64,000 nucleotides of DNA from Somniosus microcephalus (lineage: Eukaryota). The number at the start of each line of letters is the position of its first letter. Position 1 is the stretch's first letter. Under the pieces are notes generated by a model. That model was not told the origin of the DNA. It saw only the letters and a list, made by a program, of their open reading frames with translations, and searched no databases. Position numbers and translations under genes: made by a program. This document shows, piece after piece, positions 62,547 through 64,000 of the stretch. The stretch covers positions 126,046,001 through 126,110,000 of the forward strand of contig CM126215.1 in assembly GCA_052327205.1 (NCBI GenBank), written 5' to 3'.

Positions 62547-62896
62547 GTACAGACTAATTGATTGAGATTGATTGCTATGGTTAGTCAACAACTCCATTAT
62601 CATTGTAGCGTGCGACTACCAGGATGGTAGAAGGCGAACTGGACGGACCCTGGTCTTTTGGTCACCTGGTAACTCCTATGTTCCTATGCAGTGAAACCTA
62701 AGCCCTAGACCAAGAAGTGTTGTGCCTGGAACCGAGTTTTAATTCACAGCAGAATAAAGAAAGATCAGCAAGCAGACATCCAGAGCACAAGAAAATGTGT
62801 ATCAAAACACCCATTGTAAACAGGAGTGAATAGAGATGCAAAATGCAATTCTGCCTGTCAGTGGAGGTCTGGCATCTGGTTCATTGGGTTCATTAG

Positions 62897-63286
62897 GTCC
62901 GGCAACACCCCAGATCTAAAATTCTCACCCTCGTTTTCAAATCCCTCCATGGCCTCGCCCCGCCCTATCTCTGTGACCGCCTCCAACCCTCCGTGAACTC
63001 TGCATTCCTTCAATTCTGGCCTTTGCGCATCTTGGATTTTCATCGCTCCACCATTGGCGGCCGTGCCTTCAGCTGCCAGGGCCCTGAGCTCTGGAATTCC
63101 CTCCCTAAACCTCTCCGCCTCTCTACCAATCTCTCTTCTCCTTATAAAGCGTTCCTTAAAACTTACCCCATTGACCAAGCTTTAGGTCACCTGGCCTAAT
63201 GTGTCACGTTTTGTTGCTTGCACGCCGGTGAAGCGCCTTGGGATGTTTTGCTATGTTAAAGGCGCTATATAAATGCAAGCTGTTGT
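62897..63286 (+). mobile_element. L2-type LINE 3' end
   Basis: IGGRAFS..LWNSLP motif and L2 tail. Confidence 0.78.
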
Positions 63287-63718
63287 AGCGTCGCAAATAT
63301 TGACAACTAACGTGTTTATTCTTAACTCAGGGTTTTTTTTTATGCTCGTCCAGTTGATGGGTGACAGTTGCGGGCTGCCACAGGGATGGACATGTTGGGC
63401 TACCAATGGCGGGAATGTGGGGGGTGGGGTGGTTGGAAGTGGGGGGTCATGTGATAAAACCTCTTGGAATACGTACAACAAGAGTTGGCAATGCAAACTG
63501 AAAATTTTTTGATTTTATATAGAAAACAATGTAAGTTATTGTTAGATAGAGTGTTAAACAATAATTTTCTGACTGTCACAGAGAAAATCAGGTTAGCTCT
63601 GCCTTTCTGCCAGGCCACATGATTGCTGTCACTGATGGAGGGTGTGTAGGAGCTCTTCCATTCAACCAGAATGGGTGGCCATGACTTCGGACTTGTGAAC
63701 GAGCTTGTCAAAGAGCGG

Positions 63719-64000
63719 CCTGATCCCCAAAACACCAAGCTATTCCCTGAACCCCAATATAACAAGCTATTCCCTGAACTCCAATATACCAAGCTATTCC
63801 CTGAACTCCAATATACCAAGCTATTCCCTGAACCCCAATATACCAAGCTATTCCCTGAACCCCAATATAACAAGCTAGTCCCTGAACTCCAATATACCAA
63901 GCTAGTCCCTGAACTCCAATATACCAAGCTATTCCCTGAACCCAAATATATCAAGCTAGTCTCTGAACCCCAATATACCAATCTATTCCATGAACCCCAA
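63719..64000 (+). repeat. 27-bp minisatellite, ~10 copies, runs to the window end
   Basis: Unit CCTGAACCCCAATATACCAAGCTATTC. Confidence 0.92.

Noticed and set aside
63400-63981. 193-aa YWGSGNSLV-repeat ORF resembling immunoglobulin J segments (WGxG)
   Set aside because: It is a 27-bp tandem repeat with no recombination signal sequences or splice donors seen between units; the resemblance is probably coincidental.

Overview
Eukaryotic, repeat-saturated vertebrate DNA. The repeat families (Deu-domain SacSINE1-like SINEs, HE1-like V-SINEs, CR1, L2, RTE, Rex1/Babar, Penelope-like) point to a cartilaginous fish, probably a shark; this is inferred from repeat recognition. The main finding is a 3,622-bp, apparently very young non-autonomous Gypsy-type LTR element at 3758-7379 (- strand). 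It has LTRs identical by eye (256 bp), a perfect GTTTC target-site duplication, a tRNA-Ser PBS and a PPT. Its single intact 741-aa ORF encodes Gag plus protease. In place of RT/RNaseH/integrase it carries in-frame fragments resembling three unrelated host proteins: an STK10/SLK coiled coil, an optineurin coiled coil, and a DNAJC21 zinc finger with basic tail. These matches are recalled from memory and need BLAST confirmation. The element is nested in an older, decayed Gypsy element (932-9014) that also took five other insertions or patches. The rest of the window appears to be the upstream region, first signal-peptide exon (29622-29673) and large first intron of an unidentified secreted or membrane-protein gene. 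It is filled with SINEs, LINEs, MITEs, solo LTRs, G-rich minisatellites and two arrays of a 67-bp satellite. There are two assembly gaps.
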